64,000 nt of DNA from a virus. Taxonomy: Duplodnaviria; Caudoviricetes. A program made the position numbers and the translations under genes. The notes below the pieces were generated by a model. That model was not told the DNA's origin, searched no databases, and worked only from the letters and a program-made list of their open reading frames with translations. Numbering within the stretch: position 1 is the stretch's first letter; each line of letters starts with the position of its first letter. This document shows, piece by piece, positions 59,621 to 64,000 of this stretch. Location of the stretch: positions 4,033-68,032 of the IMG/VR virus record IMGVR_UViG_3300042304_001334; one strand, given 5' to 3'.

Positions 59621-60568
59621 TTAAGATCGTCCATAACTTGCAGCGGCTAAACTATATCTTGCTGTACCAACACCGGTTGTGTCAGTTGCTACAACTCCCA
59701 CATTGTTTACAAGATTTGTCATTGAAAGATATGTACTAACAACTCCATATCCAAATATAGCTCTGTCCTCTCCGTAACCTGCCGCTGCTAGGGAATTTCT
59801 TGCCGTGCCAACGCCTGTTGTATCAGTTGCTACAACACCAGTATTACTTACAAGATTTGTCATTGAAACATTACCCGCGCTACTAACGCCATATCCAAAT
59901 ATAGCTTTGTTGCTTCCATAACCAGCCGCCGCTGGCAGATATCTAGCCGTTCCAACACCAGTTGTATTGGTTGATACAACACCCGTGTTGCTTACAAGGT
60001 TGGTGATTGAAGTTACGGCTCCAGTATATCCATAACCAAAGATTGCTTTGTCACTTCCATAACCAGCCGCCGCAATACCATATCTAGCAGTTCCAACACC
60101 AGTTATTTCTCCCGCCACATCTCCGGTGTTATTTATTAGCTGGGTGCTTGAAATGGGCGAGCTGTTAAATTCTCCATATCCAAATATAGCTTTATCAAAA
60201 CCGTAAGTTGCTGCCGCATGCCTCGCTCTACCAGTGTACATATAAAGCCATGTTTCTTGAACAATAGTTCCAGTGTTATCTATTAGGGTGCTATAGCCTT
60301 GATATGTGGGCTGATTATACCCCATCACAAATATAGCTTTGTCGAAACCATAACCCGCCGCTGCTAGCATATATCTATACTGTCCACCGACACCAGACGT
60401 GTCGGTTGCTACAACACCCACGTTGCTTACTTTATTAGTATGTATCAACCCGCTCGCCGCTTGTCCATATCCAAATATAGCTTTATTACTATACACGTAA
60501 ACATTACCGCCCAGTTTATTACGTGAGTTGTTTCTTTCTGACAAAGACATTCCAGTATGTATATACAT
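59621..60568 (-). CDS. repeat (beta-propeller-like) putative virion protein
   Basis: About six ~47-aa repeats KAIFGYG...TNLVSN.GVVATDTTGVGTAR..LAAAGYG. Confidence 0.75.
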   Translation of the reverse strand: MYIHTGMSLSERNNSRNKLGGNVYVYSNKAIFGYGQAASGLIHTNKVSNVGVVATDTSGVGGQYRYMLAAAGYGFDKAIFVMGYNQPTYQGYSTLIDNTGTIVQETWLYMYTGRARHAAATYGFDKAIFGYGEFNSSPISSTQLINNTGDVAGEITGVGTARYGIAAAGYGSDKAIFGYGYTGAVTSITNLVSNTGVVSTNTTGVGTARYLPAAAGYGSNKAIFGYGVSSAGNVSMTNLVSNTGVVATDTTGVGTARNSLAAAGYGEDRAIFGYGVVSTYLSMTNLVNNVGVVATDTTGVGTARYSLAAASYGRS

Positions 60569-60572
60569 ATAT

Positions 60573-60953
60573 TTATGGCAATATATAAGATATATTTTGA
60601 GCTTCTATTATATCTCTTGATGCAAATGGAATATTCGCTTCAAACCATTCCAAATGAAGATTTGATGGATTTTTTTCATCTCTAGCAAAAAAAGGAGGCA
60701 GATCCAAATGTTTCATAACTGGAGTGTTGTTTATATCAATAATTGGACAAGTGACTGTAGCAACCAAAAATTGAACAGGATTTGAATTTACAAGTGTATA
60801 TATTTTAAATACATCTTCAGATACGTCTATTCTGAGCCAATGATGCTGTGCTCCTGTAGCCAATTCATCGCTGTTATGTTTTTGATATATTTCATTCCGA
60901 ATCTCTCCAATCACAGTTCCTTGAGATATTTTATATTCTTCCAGTATAGTCAT
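60573..60953 (-). CDS. hypothetical protein
   Basis: 126-aa ORF in operon. Confidence 0.65.
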   Translation of the reverse strand: MTILEEYKISQGTVIGEIRNEIYQKHNSDELATGAQHHWLRIDVSEDVFKIYTLVNSNPVQFLVATVTCPIIDINNTPVMKHLDLPPFFARDEKNPSNLHLEWFEANIPFASRDIIEAQNISYILP

Positions 60954-60964
60954 AAATATTTTTA

Positions 60965-62365
60965 TTAAAAATACTTCATAAGGAATGAATTATTGCCATA
61001 ATAATTTACGTCATATGAAGTAATCAACTGCCGCGCTCCGCCACCAGTATACAGCGAAGTTTGGGTTGAAGTATACCCAGCATAAGCACTCAAATTACCA
61101 TCGGTTGTTATAAATGGCATCAGGGGGGTGTTATTTATTACTGGATAACCATTTGTACCTCCAGTAAACCAACGTCTATGATTTGTGGCAGACCCAATTT
61201 GTGTAATCAAACTGATTATGCCCATCCCAACGCCAAGTGGACTATATCCCCATCCATACGCAGTTCCGTTTGAACGTATGGCATAAGCCCCACCGCTCAC
61301 CGCAGTTGATTTCACATCCGTCCAATCAGAATATGCTGCTCCTATTTGAACGGGAGATGACCTGTTTGTATTTGTACCGTCTCCAATCGTATATTGATTT
61401 CCACCAAACCCATACATAGTACCATTTGTTTTTATAGCATGTGTCGTATAAAATCCAGCAGAAACATGTTTCCAACTTCCTCCACCAGATACTTGGACCG
61501 GTGAAGATCTGACGAAAACTGTGCCGTCGCCCATTGATCCATTAATATTGACACCCCAGCCCCATAATGTGTCGTCAGATTTTATGCCCATGCAGTAACT
61601 ATATCCAAATGAAATATATTTCCAAGTTCCTCCTCCAGATATTTGAACCGGAGAATTTCTATTCGTTCCTGTATTATCCCCCAATTGACCATTATAATTA
61701 GCCCCCCATGTCCATAATGTATCATCGGATCTTATTGCTGCAAATGCTCCATAATACGCGCTACCAACTACCATTTTCCAACTGTATGATCCTATCTGAA
61801 CTGGACTCTTTCGCGTGGTGTTAGTACCATCGCCCAGTGACCCGTAACCATTATACCCCCATGTCCATAATGTATCATCAGCTTCTTTTATACCTGCATA
61901 TGCATTGTCTCCGAAAATTGCACCGGCATCTATTATATTTTGTTCGGTAGTTGAGGCGCAGCTCGTGCATGTAACATATTCTGTCCAAGCGTTGTACACC
62001 GCCGAACCATCATAGCCAGTCACTGCAAAAGATTTAAATCCTTTTTTTAATGATGTTGATGGTGATACATCATAATATCCAGCATATCTACTGTTGTTGA
62101 AAGAACTTGATGGCGTGAGATTAGGAAATGATACATAAGCATAATTACAAGTATTGCAATTATAATATGGGGCTCCATCATCTCCACAGCATTGACAGTT
62201 GGCGTCGGTGCGCGACGTACAATTTGGGCCATATGCTGGACTTTTATTATCAATATATGCACCCCATCCGGCTCTACCAATTGTATCAATAACACCGGCG
62301 TATTCATAACGCCCCACTGTGCGTTTGGATAATGTTCGCTTACTTAATATATTTGTAACTGCCAT
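60965..62365 (-). CDS. RCC1-repeat protein, putative tail fibre/receptor-binding
   Basis: Repeats IK.DDTLW.WG.N..G.LGD.T...R.SPVQI. Confidence 0.88.
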   Translation of the reverse strand: MAVTNILSKRTLSKRTVGRYEYAGVIDTIGRAGWGAYIDNKSPAYGPNCTSRTDANCQCCGDDGAPYYNCNTCNYAYVSFPNLTPSSSFNNSRYAGYYDVSPSTSLKKGFKSFAVTGYDGSAVYNAWTEYVTCTSCASTTEQNIIDAGAIFGDNAYAGIKEADDTLWTWGYNGYGSLGDGTNTTRKSPVQIGSYSWKMVVGSAYYGAFAAIRSDDTLWTWGANYNGQLGDNTGTNRNSPVQISGGGTWKYISFGYSYCMGIKSDDTLWGWGVNINGSMGDGTVFVRSSPVQVSGGGSWKHVSAGFYTTHAIKTNGTMYGFGGNQYTIGDGTNTNRSSPVQIGAAYSDWTDVKSTAVSGGAYAIRSNGTAYGWGYSPLGVGMGIISLITQIGSATNHRRWFTGGTNGYPVINNTPLMPFITTDGNLSAYAGYTSTQTSLYTGGGARQLITSYDVNYYGNNSFLMKYF

Positions 62366-62386
62366 AATAATTCATAACCTTAATTT

Positions 62387-62716
62387 TTATGTAATTTCAG
62401 AACCAAATGCAGTAAATCCAATGTTGCCATCAGAACCATATACTCTTATATATTTTGAAGCTTCCATTGTTATACCAAGAGTCATAACAATACTATCATT
62501 GGCTGGAACTGCTGCATCATATGCAAGAAATTCTGTTGGGCTGGCAGGTGTACCTGCACTTGCCATTATGCCAATTCTGAATTGTTTTGCTGCGCCCGAA
62601 ACATTGCATACTACAATGCTGGATACTACTGCACTTTTACCAACTGGTGTAGTGTATAGTGTTGCATAAGCAGCATTTGCTGCTGTTTGACCTAATATTT
62701 TATATGCTGTTGCCAT
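62387..62716 (-). CDS. small putative virion structural protein
   Basis: MATAYKILGQ...LYT.P...AVVSSIVVCN...FTAFGSEIT. Confidence 0.75.
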   Translation of the reverse strand: MATAYKILGQTAANAAYATLYTTPVGKSAVVSSIVVCNVSGAAKQFRIGIMASAGTPASPTEFLAYDAAVPANDSIVMTLGITMEASKYIRVYGSDGNIGFTAFGSEIT

Positions 62717-62779
62717 ATGTTATTTTGTATATATATATATATCGTTGTTGCTGCAAAAAAGATAATGAATTTTGTTATT

Positions 62780-64000
62780 TTATGCTCCCATGACCATAAA
62801 TATTGGAGAAAAATCTGGATCGCCAGACACACCACCGGGTGAACTTAGTGCATAACTTGCTGTGCCTTGCAATGAGCCCGTTATACCAGCCGTGACAACC
62901 AATGAACCTGTTACTATTGTATTTCCATTAACATCCAATTTAGCATTTGGTGTTGTTGTTCCAATACCAACATTACCACCATTAAAGTAAGATGAAGCGT
63001 TAGCTCTTATTTGAAAACCTACATTGCCGCTACCCCCCGAAGGAGTGTACCCCCAAATCGTAGCTCCGTTAGTGTCGTCTCTGTAAAAAACCAAAACTCT
63101 GTTAATGTCGTTAGCTGTATTTATTTTACTAACGATAATTCCATTAGCGTTAGATATCCCAATTGCAACGTCTCCAACCCAGGTATTTGTTAAAGTTCCT
63201 ACAGTGAGTAGGCTTCCAGACGTTCCGCCTATCTGTAACTTACTTATTGGGCTCGTTGTTCCGATACCAACGTTGCCATTATTTGAAACTTGAAATAATC
63301 CTGCACCAGCTTTATCAACTCTAAATGGAACTCCCGTGCTGGAAGCGCCAATGTTTACATAAAGTCCATTGGCGTTTGTTACTCCGTTATTCGCAACTTG
63401 AACAGCCCAAGTAGAATTATCCGAAGAAACAATATCTAATTTTGAACTCGGACTCGTTGTCCCGATACCAACATTAGTATTATTATCATATAATACACCG
63501 GTTGATAATGTTGTTGCGCCAGTAAATCTTGCAACATAATTTGCTGTGCCGCCGGATATTGTTCCTGCTCCGCTTGTGCCAGCACTACCAGCACTGCCAC
63601 TTGTACCAGCTGCGCCTGCGGCACCACTTGTGCCACTGCTACCTGATGTGCCACTTGTACCAGCTGCGCCTGCGGCACCACTTGTGCCACTTGATCCAGT
63701 TCTACCAGCACTACCAGCACTACCAGCACTGCCACTTGTACCAGCTGCGCCTGCGGCACCACTTGTGCCACTGCTGCCACTTGTACCAGCTGCGCCTGCG
63801 GCACCACTTGTGCCACTTGATCCAGTTCTACCAGCACTACCAGCACTACCAGCACTACCACTTGTACCAGCTGCGCCTGCGGCACCACTTGTGCCACTGC
63901 TACCTGATGTGCCACTTGTACCAGCTGCGCCTGCGGCACCACTTGTGCCACTTGATCCAGTTCTACCAGCACTACCGGCACTACCGGCACTACCGGCACT
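62780..64000 (-). CDS. tail fibre protein, 5' part outside window, with collagen-like G-X-X repeats and NVGIGTTxP repeats
   Basis: Frame translated by hand from 63600 to 63060 without stops and in frame with the G-S-A/G-T-S repeats to 64000; three NVGIGTT.P motifs. Confidence 0.85.
   Translation of the reverse strand, partial: SAGSAGSAGSAGRTGSSGTSGAAGAAGTSGTSGSSGTSGAAGAAGTSGSAGSAGSAGRTGSSGTSGAAGAAGTSGSSGTSGAAGAAGTSGSAGSAGSAGRTGSSGTSGAAGAAGTSGTSGSSGTSGAAGAAGTSGSAGSAGTSGAGTISGGTANYVARFTGATTLSTGVLYDNNTNVGIGTTSPSSKLDIVSSDNSTWAVQVANNGVTNANGLYVNIGASSTGVPFRVDKAGAGLFQVSNNGNVGIGTTSPISKLQIGGTSGSLLTVGTLTNTWVGDVAIGISNANGIIVSKINTANDINRVLVFYRDDTNGATIWGYTPSGGSGNVGFQIRANASSYFNGGNVGIGTTTPNAKLDVNGNTIVTGSLVVTAGITGSLQGTASYALSSPGGVSGDPDFSPIFMVMGA
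63573..64000. repeat. coding tandem repeats built from 9-nt units (GTS, GAA, GSA)
   Basis: Recurrent ccacttgtaccagctgcgcctgcggcaccacttgtgcc and ccagcacta blocks. Confidence 0.9.

Noticed and set aside
59621-62365. Diversity-generating retroelement target in repeat tail proteins
   Set aside because: No reverse transcriptase and no adenine-specific template/variable repeat pair seen in the window.
63436-63999. ORF-track protein MPVVPVVPVV...
   Set aside because: Alternate-frame reading of the repeat; the G-X-X frame continues to the stop at 62780.
63573-64000. CRISPR-like array
   Set aside because: No unique spacers; units are multiples of 9 nt within a coding frame.
1-64000. Stop-codon reassignment; tRNA genes
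   Set aside because: Core genes are full length in the standard code and TAA, TAG and TGA all serve as stops; no cloverleaf recognised in the short intergenic regions.

Overview
AT-rich 64-kb segment of a large T4-superfamily-like myophage genome, read in the standard genetic code. Nearly all genes are on the minus strand; only three plus-strand genes are convincing, each with its own sigma70-like promoter. In window order: 2H phosphoesterase, clamp loader, clamp, family B polymerase and kinase; glycosyltransferase cluster 1 with a Thr/Pro-rich protein; rIIB, rIIA, a VWA protein and a MoxR ATPase split by a GIY-YIG endonuclease; nrdAB, helicase, 5'-3' exonuclease, RecA, SSB and a divergent family A polymerase; baseplate genes, tape measure and tail chaperone with an apparent +1 frameshift; a lipoprotein and MKKSELK-leader proteins; tail tube, nucleotide-modifying enzymes and tail sheath; glycosyltransferase/sulfotransferase cluster 2; tail-fibre genes. 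Most notable: (1) the MoxR gene is fractured with no visible intron or intein, and has acidic/basic extensions at the break; (2) a family of proteins with a shared N-terminal leader and many [ILVM]xE sites, suggesting capsid-packaged processed polyproteins, including a nucleotidyltransferase-PRTase fusion whose leader is out of frame; (3) a start-less ORF behind the tail chaperone; (4) two promoter classes: leaderless TTGAC-N16/17-CANNNT and sense-strand TATTTATA; (5) an orphan promoter-terminator mini-transcript. No tRNA, rRNA or CRISPR array was recognised. All family assignments are from motif recognition by eye, not database searches.
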